From contig CAYMFC010000001.1 in the NCBI GenBank assembly GCA_964389665.1, positions 1 to 59,292 on the forward strand: a DNA stretch of 59,292 nt, read 5' to 3'. The position numbers and the translations under genes are program-made. The notes beneath the pieces are model-generated. The model saw only the letters and a program-made list of their open reading frames with translations, was not told the origin of the DNA and made no database searches. Positions 18,526 through 27,018 of the stretch are shown here, in pieces. The stretch is from an uncultured Desulfobacteraceae bacterium (GTDB lineage: Bacteria > Desulfobacterota > DSM-4660 > Desulfatiglandales > B25-G16). Within the stretch, counting starts at the first letter, position 1; each line of letters starts with the position of its first letter.

Positions 18526-20406
18526 TCAAGGATCCCTGACGAGGCGGAAGCCGATGTCGTCATCGCGCGAGACAGGGGCGTACCTTCCACGACAAGCTGA
18601 ACGCAAATCCCTGGCAGGACTGAACCAAGAACCACCTCGTAGTACGCGGGTGTCACCGGAAGAAGGTCCCTCAGGATCAGCTACGTGGTGAGATGGATAC
18701 TCTCCATGCCAATCCTGGCACCACTCCCAAACATTGCCGTGCATAAGATACAGCCCCCACTGGTTCGGGGGGAAAGCTCCTATAACAGCCGGATTCCTTC
18801 TGTAATTGCCCTTCGGACAGCTCTTGTAAGGCTGTTGGCCATTATAGTTTGCCTGGTTCACGGAAATGCAATTTCCGGTATAAAAGGCAGTGGTGGTTCC
18901 AGCACGGCAGGCATACTCCCACTCGGCTTCGGTGGGCAGCCGGTATTTGTCCGTGTCTTCTATCTGGTTAAGCTTTCCTATGAACCGTTGGACATCATTC
19001 CAAGAAACCATCTCTAACGGGCAGTTCTCCCCGCAGTTTGTAAAATGGGAAGGGTTTTTCCCCATTGCTTTCTTCCATTGATATTGGGTTACTTCGGTGG
19101 TCTGCATATAGAAGGACTTACGCAATGTAACGAGGTGTTGTTTTTCATCACTGTCTCGTTCCTTCTCGTCCGGAGGGCTTCCCATTGTAAAAGTGCCCGC
19201 GGGGATCAGCACGAATTTCATACCGATGGTGTTGGTGAAGATTTTGTCTTTCTCAGCCTCAGATTCCTTATCCAAAGAAAGCTGCTCTATCCCAGGTATC
19301 ATTTCACGTAAATCAGCGTAGATTCTTAAGGATAGACTTGCCTCGAGCTGAATAGATCTCCGGTAGGGCTCATAGCCTTCCTTTGTCACTTCTATGTGGT
19401 GCTCGCCCGGTGAAAGTGTTACATGAACAAATGGAGCCAGGCCAACCTCCATGCCATCGACAAATACCGTGGCCCTATCCACATTGGACTCAACCGAAAT
19501 GCTGGCCTTTCCCGGCTCCTCAACGATTGCACCAGGGCCTGCTAATCGAAAAACAAAATCTCCTTTATCCAGCTTTGGATTGTTTATCTTGCCATACTGA
19601 GGGTGTTGCCCGCCTCTCGTATAGTTCACCACCTTATCCTGGATGTGCATGCCAAGCTCAGAGCCGGTGACATATCCATCGCCATTGAGATCGGCATATC
19701 CTTTAATGCCATCTAAAAAGACTATCTTGAATACCGACCGGTCCGGGACTTGCTCCCCTGCGCCGCCAGCGGTGACGAACTGCCTCACAGGCCTTGCAGA
19801 TTTCTCGGTGATATCCACCGGTGCGGCCCTCACAAGATTGAAGAGAGAACCGGAAAAACAGGAGTCGAATACCATGAGCACGTGCATGGATTTGACCTTG
19901 AGGGCCAGGGATTCGATTTCTTTCATTGAAATTGCTTTATCATCGAAGCCAACGGGATCAGCCCTCTTCAAAGGACAATCCTTTGGTATGATATAGCCGA
20001 GTTCAGTACCGTCAGCAAGCTCAAGGGTTTCACCGTGTCCTGCAAAGTATAGAATGATGGCTAAATTTTGCTCTTGCCCTATATGAAAGGTTGTTTCCTT
20101 GAAGGCATCGTTGAGTTGTCGGTAGGTGGGGTCGAGGAGCAGCCTAACGTTGACCCCAAGGCTTTCGAGTGCAGAGGCAACCTCCAGTGCGTCTTTAGCT
20201 GCATTCGGCAGATCAGGCCATTCGTCATACTCGCTCACCCCTACCACCAGGGCATAATAGCCTTTGTAGAGGCAAAAACTCTCGCCGGATTCAGCCACAA
20301 TGCGAATGCCACGATCGACTTCCTTAGCCTGTAAAGGAGCAAAAAAAGCGATTGATGACATGACGAGGATAAGAAGTAGTATGAGCCTTGCTAAGCATTT
20401 TCTCAT
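18526..20406 (-). CDS. Exported caspase-like (peptidase C14) - PEGA - FGE/SUMF1-sulfatase-modifying-domain protein
   Basis: 626 aa with a Sec signal (…APLQA/KE). Caspase His 'YFAGHGE' and Cys 'VFDSCFSGS' are present. A PEGA-like segment reads 'VFVDGMEVGLAP...SPGEHHIEVTKEGYEPY'. The C-terminal FGE-sulfatase fold reads 'MKFVLIPAGTFTMGSP...WEWCQDW...RVLRGGSW'. AAGGAG RBS. Confidence 0.85.
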   Translation of the reverse strand: MRKCLARLILLLILVMSSIAFFAPLQAKEVDRGIRIVAESGESFCLYKGYYALVVGVSEYDEWPDLPNAAKDALEVASALESLGVNVRLLLDPTYRQLNDAFKETTFHIGQEQNLAIILYFAGHGETLELADGTELGYIIPKDCPLKRADPVGFDDKAISMKEIESLALKVKSMHVLMVFDSCFSGSLFNLVRAAPVDITEKSARPVRQFVTAGGAGEQVPDRSVFKIVFLDGIKGYADLNGDGYVTGSELGMHIQDKVVNYTRGGQHPQYGKINNPKLDKGDFVFRLAGPGAIVEEPGKASISVESNVDRATVFVDGMEVGLAPFVHVTLSPGEHHIEVTKEGYEPYRRSIQLEASLSLRIYADLREMIPGIEQLSLDKESEAEKDKIFTNTIGMKFVLIPAGTFTMGSPPDEKERDSDEKQHLVTLRKSFYMQTTEVTQYQWKKAMGKNPSHFTNCGENCPLEMVSWNDVQRFIGKLNQIEDTDKYRLPTEAEWEYACRAGTTTAFYTGNCISVNQANYNGQQPYKSCPKGNYRRNPAVIGAFPPNQWGLYLMHGNVWEWCQDWHGEYPSHHVADPEGPSSGDTRVLRGGSWFSPARDLRSACRGRYAPVSRDDDIGFRLVRDP

Positions 20407-20750
20407 GATTTCTCCTTAGTATAGATACCCCGCTACTTCGAATTGCTCGCAATGGAAAAGGTGTCGGCGGCAACCCGTGTCAAATGTCATGCAATCCCCT
20501 TACAACAATATTGCTCAGGCTTCGCCGCGAAATGACGGTAAAAATCCCTCGATTTAGATAACATAAAGATGGCATATAGTCTTGAAAAGCTCAATGTTAT
20601 TTTCATATTCATCCGCCGATACCTGATGCCCAAAGCATAGGTGATTCAATCCCAGGCATCACATCGCTGCATTATTCAGGATATATCAAGAAGGAGCGCC
20701 CGTACTCCATAGTAAGGCGAAAAGCGATAGATACCTCATCTTTAGAGAGA

Positions 20751-20780
20751 TTTGTAGGTTTTTTTAAAAAATCCTACAAA
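20751..20780. promoter_or_regulatory. 30-bp AT-rich palindrome in the divergent promoter region
   Basis: 'tttgtagg ttttttt aaaaaa t cctacaaa'. The 8-bp arms are perfect complements and the T7/A6 core is also self-complementary. A possible promoter follows directly: TTGCTA, 17-nt spacer, TATGGT. Confidence 0.4.
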
Positions 20781-20906
20781 ATTGCTATATTATTTATATA
20801 AGCATATGGTATGAATAAATAATTAGGGATTGCCATGAAAATGGGGAAGTCAGCACATAGGGTTGAGGGCTATTCATCAACCTGATCACAGCTTGCCGGT
20901 GGGATT

Positions 20907-21947
20907 ATGAGGGAATTCGATTCAGCGCAATTGAGTCATGGGATTGATCATTTCGAAGGCAAGTCGATCCTTGTGATCGGCGACATCATGCTTGATCGAT
21001 TTATATGGGGTAAGGTCTCGAGGATTTCTCCTGAGGCACCGGTACCGGTGGTTGAGGTTGATCGGGAATCCGCCATGCTGGGAGGAGCGGCGAATGTGGC
21101 CAACAACCTTGTCTCTCTGGGAAGCAAGGCCTTATTGTGCGGGGTTGTGGGCGATGACGGGCCGGGAAAGGAGGTCATCTCAAAATTAGAGGATATAGGT
21201 GTCGACATCGGTGGAATCTCCATCGAGAGCGCGAGGCCGACGAGCGTGAAGACGAGAATCGTGGCCCATGCCCAGCAGGTTGTACGATATGATCTTGAGA
21301 AAAGGGTCCCCTTAAAACCCTCAACCATTATACATATACTGGATTTTGTCCGTGAGAAAAAGGGCCATATTTCAGCTATGATCTTTTCCGATTACGGAAA
21401 GGGGGTCCTCTCCCGGAAGCTGATGCATGGTATAGCAGGAGAGATATCCGGCTTCACCTTTCCGGTGGCGGTAGACCCTTATGTCAAGAATTACCCGCTC
21501 TATAGGCATGTAACCGTGATTACCCCGAATAGTACCCAGGCGGGACAAATTGCGGGCATGGAGATCAAGGATGAAACTGATCTTATAAAAGCAGCCAAAA
21601 GGCTTATGAATCATAGCCGATCTAAGGCGGTTTTGATCACCCGCGGCGAGGAAGGCATGGCCCTGTTTGAAGAGGGTGGGGAGGTCACGCGTATAGAGTC
21701 GATAGCAAGAAAGGTTTATGATGTAACGGGCGCAGGAGATACGGTCATCGCAGCCTTTACGCTTGGTATTGCGAGCGGTCTTGATATGAAATCCGCGGCA
21801 TTCTTATCAAATCTGGCAGCGGGTATCGTGGTAGGCGAAATAGGAACCTCTGCGGTGAAGATCGATATCCTTAAGAGGGCCGTTGCCTCATACCTTTCGC
21901 AGTATGGAGCAGACAATAGGCGGGAAAAGGCAAACGCTACTGAATAA
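20907..21947 (+). CDS. hldE: D-glycero-beta-D-manno-heptose-7-phosphate kinase (RfaE/HldE domain I only, PfkB family)
   Basis: 346 aa with 'ILVIGDIMLDRFIWG..RISPEAPVPVV' and 'DVTGAGDT'. There is no adenylyltransferase domain II. Confidence 0.85.
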   Translation: MREFDSAQLSHGIDHFEGKSILVIGDIMLDRFIWGKVSRISPEAPVPVVEVDRESAMLGGAANVANNLVSLGSKALLCGVVGDDGPGKEVISKLEDIGVDIGGISIESARPTSVKTRIVAHAQQVVRYDLEKRVPLKPSTIIHILDFVREKKGHISAMIFSDYGKGVLSRKLMHGIAGEISGFTFPVAVDPYVKNYPLYRHVTVITPNSTQAGQIAGMEIKDETDLIKAAKRLMNHSRSKAVLITRGEEGMALFEEGGEVTRIESIARKVYDVTGAGDTVIAAFTLGIASGLDMKSAAFLSNLAAGIVVGEIGTSAVKIDILKRAVASYLSQYGADNRREKANATE

Positions 21948-21960
21948 CAGGCATCGAGCA

Positions 21961-22497
21961 GTGAGCCAACCACAGGAAACGGAAAAGGTAAAATTGATAA
22001 GCAGCCTATTTTCCCATGAAGGTGCATTGATTGACGCGTGCATCAAGGAGATGGAGGAGCGGTTCGGTCCTGTTGACTGGGTGAGCGAGATGCTGCCCTT
22101 TGACCGAACGCGATATTATGAAAGGGAGATGGGCTGGCCTCTCTACCGACGATTTATCTCCTTTGTAAGGCTCATCATGCCGGAATCAATAGCGGATATC
22201 AAGTTAATCACCAATGAGCTTGAAAAGGCGCACCTAGATAGGGAAAAGAGAACAATCAATATTGATCCCGGGTATGTCACGTTAGAGAGGCTCGTGCTCG
22301 CCACTGGGAAGAACTATAGCCACAGGCTTTACCTGAGCAAGGGAATTTATGCAGATCTCACCTTGATCTTTCACGATGGGACCTTTAAACCCCTCTCATG
22401 GACGTATCCCGATTACGCAGAGGAAAAGGTAATCGACCTTTTTAACAGGCTAAGGAGTGGATACTTGCACTATATGAGAGAAGGCGCGCGACAGTAG
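21961..22497 (+). CDS. DUF4416 family protein
   Basis: The ORF 21883-22497 overlaps the hldE 3' end, so I chose the GTG at 21961. The sequence 'KLISSLFS...FDRTRYYEREMG...INIDPGYV..LVLAT.K' fits my recollection of DUF4416. Confidence 0.6.
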   Translation: MSQPQETEKVKLISSLFSHEGALIDACIKEMEERFGPVDWVSEMLPFDRTRYYEREMGWPLYRRFISFVRLIMPESIADIKLITNELEKAHLDREKRTINIDPGYVTLERLVLATGKNYSHRLYLSKGIYADLTLIFHDGTFKPLSWTYPDYAEEKVIDLFNRLRSGYLHYMREGARQ

Positions 22498-22507
22498 AGA
22501 GATAGAG

Positions 22508-23386
22508 ATGTTGAAGAGCATGACGGCATATGGAAGGGCCGAATCAACAAGGTCGGATCTAGAATACATTGTAGAGATACGCTCGGTAAATCACCGGTAC
22601 AGGGAAATCGCCTTGAAACTTCCCCAAAGCCTCTTGCCATTTGAGGATATAGTGAGATCGCTGGTTTCCGAAAGAGTAAAGAGGGGAAGGGTTGATATCT
22701 CTGTGCAGCTCAAGGGCAACGGTGAGAAGGGGGTGATGCTCGAGTTGAATCTGCCAGTGGTAAGGGCTTATAGGGATATATTCAATGCGCTCAAACAGGA
22801 ACTCGGCTCTGAGCAACCCCTTGATCTGTCGCTTTTCTCTCAGATCAAAGACGCCATTATCATACGACAATACGGAATGGATCTCGAAAGAATGGAGCCC
22901 GACCTTCGGGTTGTGATGGATGAGGCCTTCGACTCATGGGAGGAGATGAGAATCGATGAGGGAAAGGCGATTGAAAGAGATTTCTTGGAGCGATTGGATA
23001 CGATCAGGGGTTATGTAGATGACATCCGACAGAGGGCCGAGCAGGCATCAACATGGTATAGGGATAAGTTACTACAAAGGATTAATAAATTGGAAAAATC
23101 AATTGAGATTAATGAAGATCGATTAATGCAAGAAGTTGCTTTTATGGCTGAGAAGGCCGATATTACAGAAGAATTGATTCGGATAGAAAGCCACCTCGAC
23201 CAATTTAAAAAGTACATGGCCCAGGATGACGCGGTGGGAAGGAGGTTGGATTTTTTGCTTCAGGAGATTAACAGAGAGGTGAACACAATCGGTTCAAAGG
23301 CTGCGGATTCCTTGATTTCACATCTTGTTGTTGAAATTAAGGCAGAGCTTGAAAAATTAAGGGAGCAAACGCAAAACGTAGAATAA
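22508..23386 (+). CDS. yicC: YicC family protein
   Basis: 292 aa. N-terminal 'MLKSMTAYGRAE' and C-terminal 'RLDFLLQEINREVNTIGSKA' are YicC hallmarks. Confidence 0.9.
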   Translation: MLKSMTAYGRAESTRSDLEYIVEIRSVNHRYREIALKLPQSLLPFEDIVRSLVSERVKRGRVDISVQLKGNGEKGVMLELNLPVVRAYRDIFNALKQELGSEQPLDLSLFSQIKDAIIIRQYGMDLERMEPDLRVVMDEAFDSWEEMRIDEGKAIERDFLERLDTIRGYVDDIRQRAEQASTWYRDKLLQRINKLEKSIEINEDRLMQEVAFMAEKADITEELIRIESHLDQFKKYMAQDDAVGRRLDFLLQEINREVNTIGSKAADSLISHLVVEIKAELEKLREQTQNVE

Positions 23387-23409
23387 CTTTTTGGCAGTGG
23401 GGGTAGGGC

Positions 23410-23679
23410 ATGGATCCAACGTTACTCAGCATCGGTTTTGGAAATTTTATCGTATCTAGAAGGATTATAGCCATTGTATCGCCAGGTTCAGCACCGGCCA
23501 GACGACTTCGTGAAGAGGCACGGGATGATAAAAGGCTTATCGACGCAACACAAGGCAGAAAGACGAGATCGGTGATCATCACCGATAGCAACCATGTGAT
23601 CCTTTCGGCTATTCAATCGGAGACGATAGCCCAAAGATTTGCTCCGGATGGTACCTTACGTGGTGAGGATGTAGCTTAG
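23410..23679 (+). CDS. remA: RemA/DUF370 family regulator
   Basis: 89 aa with '[54 protein letters not shown]'. It sits in the conserved yicC-remA-gmk order. Confidence 0.85.
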   Translation: MDPTLLSIGFGNFIVSRRIIAIVSPGSAPARRLREEARDDKRLIDATQGRKTRSVIITDSNHVILSAIQSETIAQRFAPDGTLRGEDVA

Positions 23680-23716
23680 ATCGATCCTGCAAAGATGCTA
23701 CAGCTATAAACAGGAA

Positions 23717-24325
23717 ATGCAACAGAGGGGACAGATTTTTGTAATCACCGCACCTTCTGGTACGGGAAAAACAACTATCATACGTGCCATAAGGGAAAGC
23801 GTAAGCGGGGCCGGGTATTGCGTTTCTCATACCACCCGGGAGCCGAGGCATGGAGAGATACCGGGTAAGCACTACCACTTCATCACCAGGAGGGATTTCG
23901 AAGGCATGGTCGATGCGGGGCAATTCGTTGAATGGGCTCACGTATACGGCCATCTGTATGGTACCTCCTATTCCAGCATGGAAAGCGAACTGTCATCAGG
24001 TAAAGATCTCCTGCTCGATCTCGATATCCAAGGGTCTGAGGCAATCAAGAGGCGTTTTCCTGAATCCCTATCGGTATTCATTCTCCCACCCTCAATGGAG
24101 GTCCTCGAGGAGAGGATACGGAAAAGGGACGCCAACGAGAGAAAGGACGTGGATCTTCGGATGAAAAAGGCGGCGGAGGAGATCATGAGGTGTGGGGAAT
24201 ATGATTTTATCGTGGTCAACGATGATCTTGCGCAAGCAGTACGTGAAATAGAGGCGATTATCCTCTCCGAGAGGGCGCGCACGAAGAGGCGGTACCCGCT
24301 GATCCGGGATCTCTATCATCTCTGA
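23717..24325 (+). CDS. gmk: Guanylate kinase
   Basis: 202 aa with P-loop 'APSGTGKTT', 'SHTTREPRHGE' and 'YHF'. Confidence 0.95.
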   Translation: MQQRGQIFVITAPSGTGKTTIIRAIRESVSGAGYCVSHTTREPRHGEIPGKHYHFITRRDFEGMVDAGQFVEWAHVYGHLYGTSYSSMESELSSGKDLLLDLDIQGSEAIKRRFPESLSVFILPPSMEVLEERIRKRDANERKDVDLRMKKAAEEIMRCGEYDFIVVNDDLAQAVREIEAIILSERARTKRRYPLIRDLYHL

Positions 24326-24473
24326 TGAGCGGAGCATCATTCGCCGGTGACGTCGTAATCCGAGTAGATCTCGTTCCTTTATCCAACCGGCCGACATCAA
24401 TTCTTTTCACATAGGCTCACCTCGGTTCTAATACAGATGATCACATATATCTCAGACTGGCAGGGGAAGAGAA

Positions 24474-25214
24474 TTGACCCAACTCATATGTGGCATAAAC
24501 GCCGTTACTGAAACACTCAGAAAAAGCAAGGAGATCGTAGAGATCTTCCTTGCAAGAGGGAGAAGGATCGAACGGGCCAGGGAGATCCTTGATCTCGCCA
24601 GGGCGAGGGACATACCGATCAGGTTCAAGGAACGGGCCTACCTTGACAGGGTATCACAGGGCACCTCTCATCAGGGAGTAGTGGCTGTACTCGGCAGTTA
24701 TGCTTACTGCGCGGTAGACAACCTTCTGGAAATCGCCCTCTCCCAGAAATCCAAGGGGCTTCTCGTGGTTGCCGACCATATCATCGACCCGGGAAACTTG
24801 GGCTCCCTCATACGAACGGCTGAGTTTTTCGGGGTTCAGGGGCTTATCATTCCAAAGGACAGATCCGCCTCCATAACCGATATCGTGCATAAAAGGTCGG
24901 CAGGTGGGACTGCCTATCTGCCAGTAGCGCGAGTCGTCAACCTGGCACGGATCCTGGAGAGGCTAGCTGATCATGGCTTTTGGATAGTGGGGGCCGAAGG
25001 GGAAGGAGAGACATCGATCTGTAGATTCGACTGGGACAGGGACGTGATCATCGTGCTGGGAAGTGAGGGAAAGGGCCTGAGCCGGATCGTGAGAGATCGG
25101 TGCCACCATTTGGTTCGTATACCTCGGCTTGGCCATCTCGAATCCCTTAATGTATCGGTTGCCGCAGGGATTATCCTCTACGAGATAACAAGACAAAGAG
25201 GGCATTCAAGGTAG
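24474..25214 (+). CDS. rlmB: SpoU/TrmH-class 23S rRNA (Gm2251) 2'-O-methyltransferase
   Basis: 246 aa, TTG start with a GGGGAAGAG RBS. Carries SpoU motifs 'DPGNLGSLIRTAEFFG', 'VLGSEGKGL' and 'SLNVSVAAGI'. Confidence 0.85.
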   Translation: MTQLICGINAVTETLRKSKEIVEIFLARGRRIERAREILDLARARDIPIRFKERAYLDRVSQGTSHQGVVAVLGSYAYCAVDNLLEIALSQKSKGLLVVADHIIDPGNLGSLIRTAEFFGVQGLIIPKDRSASITDIVHKRSAGGTAYLPVARVVNLARILERLADHGFWIVGAEGEGETSICRFDWDRDVIIVLGSEGKGLSRIVRDRCHHLVRIPRLGHLESLNVSVAAGIILYEITRQRGHSR

Positions 25215-25292
25215 GCAGTAAGCAGTATGGAGTATACAGCAGCAAGAAGTTCACTCCAAAATGTTCAGTGCTTACTGCTTACTGGATACTAC

Positions 25293-25913
25293 CTACTTAT
25301 GTGCTAGGGGGAAACCTCTAAGGGCGCCGCAGGTAATCATCGCGTTTATCACCTCACACACGGGCAAACCCACCACATTGGTGTAGGAACCTGTAATGCG
25401 TTCGATCATGAAAGACCCAATTGCCTGAATTGCATATCCGCCGGCCTTGCCAAAGGGTTCGCCTGTCTTGATGTAGGCCTCGATCTCTGCTTCGCTCATC
25501 TTCTTCACCTTCACCCTTGTATAAACTGCCTCTCTATGCACCGTTATGCCAGAGGGATCGACGAGGCAAAACGCCGTGATGACACGGTGATTTCTTCCGC
25601 TGAGGGAAAAAAGCATCTCACGGCAATCGCGAATATCCCTCGGCTTGCCGAAAACCCTTCTTTTCAGCGCCACAATCGTGTCCGCACCGAGTATCCAGCG
25701 TTGCGGATAGCGATGCTGTACCGATTCAGCCTTTTCCACCGCGACTCGACAGGTCATCTCTCCGGGTGAGAACCGTCCATGAACGGTTTCCTCGATTCCG
25801 CTCTCCACGGACTCGAATGGGATTCCTATCTGCGCAAGAAGCTCCTTTCGCCTCGTTGAGGAAGAGGCGAGAACGAGGGGGTTATCCTTGCTTATGGGGT
25901 GAGCGATCATCAT
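25293..25913 (-). CDS. maf: Maf-like nucleoside triphosphate pyrophosphatase
   Basis: 206 aa with 'LVLASSSTRRKELL', 'GADT' and 'GKAGGYAIQ'. Confidence 0.9.
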   Translation of the reverse strand: MMIAHPISKDNPLVLASSSTRRKELLAQIGIPFESVESGIEETVHGRFSPGEMTCRVAVEKAESVQHRYPQRWILGADTIVALKRRVFGKPRDIRDCREMLFSLSGRNHRVITAFCLVDPSGITVHREAVYTRVKVKKMSEAEIEAYIKTGEPFGKAGGYAIQAIGSFMIERITGSYTNVVGLPVCEVINAMITCGALRGFPLAHK

Positions 25914-26740
25914 TGGGTAAAGGGGAGCCTAAATAGCTGGCGTGCGTTCTTGGTCGTCCGTGCTGCCACCTCCTCAAGGGATATGCCCCTTATATCCGCC
26001 ACCTTTTGGGCAGTATGGATTACCCGGCTGGGCTCGTTTCTCCTGCCTCTGTATGGAATTGGAGACAGGAAGGGGGAATCTGTTTCGATAAGCATTCTAT
26101 CAAGGGAGATACCAGTAACGACTTCATGCACCGGGCTTGCGTTCGCAAACGTTATAGTGCCGGCGATAGAGATAAAATAACCCATCTCGATAAATGCCCC
26201 AGCAAGGTCAATGCCACCGGAAAAACAATGGATCACCCCCCTTGATCCACTACCCTCGAAGCAGGAGAGTATCTCCAATACATCTTCGTGGGCTTCTCTG
26301 GAATGCACCACTACCGGTAGGTTACATTGCATCGCTATGTCAAGCTGCTGTTTGAAACGTTTCCTCTGGTTATGTCTTGATGAAAGGTTGCGATAAAAAT
26401 CAAGCCCTATCTCACCGATGGCTACCACCTTTTTTTCTGTGGAGATTGACTCTATTCGCTTAAGGTCCTTTTTATCGACGACATCTGCATTGTGGGGATG
26501 AATACCCACGGCAGCGAACGCAGAGGGGTACTTCTCAGCCAGGGAAATGGCCTTGAGGGAACTGTTCACATCGATCCCAACTGTTATCAGCTGTCTCACG
26601 TTGGCTGATAAGGCCCTCTGAATAACCTCATCCCTATCGGAATCGAATTCCTCCATATCGAGATGTGCATGAGAGTCAATGAACATATCCGCTCTAAGGG
26701 GACCTCCTCCCAAACTAACTACTCGCTTCAAGGGCTGCAC
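25910..26740 (-). CDS. tatD: TatD family metal-dependent hydrolase
   Basis: 'FIDSHAHLD', 'GEIGLDFY', 'VVHSREA' and 'ETDSPFL'. The start is uncertain: GTG at 26740 or ATG at 26686. Confidence 0.9.
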   Translation of the reverse strand: MQPLKRVVSLGGGPLRADMFIDSHAHLDMEEFDSDRDEVIQRALSANVRQLITVGIDVNSSLKAISLAEKYPSAFAAVGIHPHNADVVDKKDLKRIESISTEKKVVAIGEIGLDFYRNLSSRHNQRKRFKQQLDIAMQCNLPVVVHSREAHEDVLEILSCFEGSGSRGVIHCFSGGIDLAGAFIEMGYFISIAGTITFANASPVHEVVTGISLDRMLIETDSPFLSPIPYRGRRNEPSRVIHTAQKVADIRGISLEEVAARTTKNARQLFRLPFTQ

Positions 26741-26839
26741 CCTTTTTAGGCCATTGGTGCTACGTTGTCAAAATGATTCGAAAGGTAACCGCCTATGAAA
26801 TGAGCAAAAACCGTGTTCTATGCAGGCGTTAAGAATCAA

Positions 26840-26868
26840 TTGACTTTATTTCAAGCTCTTTTTATTAA
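26840..26868 (+). promoter_or_regulatory. Candidate sigma70 promoter upstream of the GAF-GspE ATPase gene
   Basis: TTGACT (26840-26845), a 17-nt spacer, then TATTAA (26863-26868). This would leave a ~150-nt AT-rich 5' UTR. Confidence 0.35.
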
Positions 26869-27018
26869 TGTATCTTGTATGAAGAAGGGGATTTCCTTGT
26901 TTTTCCATGTTATATAGGTATGGATAACCAAGAGGCTTTACGCAGGAAAAACAAAATGTTGTGGAAAGAAGCATAAAAGTATGGTATATATAAATCTTTG
27001 ATAATAGATATGTAATTC

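Noticed and set aside
20835-20885. 16-aa upstream ORF (MKMGKSAHRVEGYSST) before hldE
   Set aside because: It is too short to evaluate, with only a weak AGGGA RBS and no known leader-peptide logic for a heptose kinase.
25215-25284. Hairpin 'gcagtaagcag' with 'ctgcttactg' between convergent rlmB and maf
   Set aside because: The ~50-nt loop and the lack of a T-tract on either strand make it only a possible bidirectional pause site, which is not strong enough to call a terminator.
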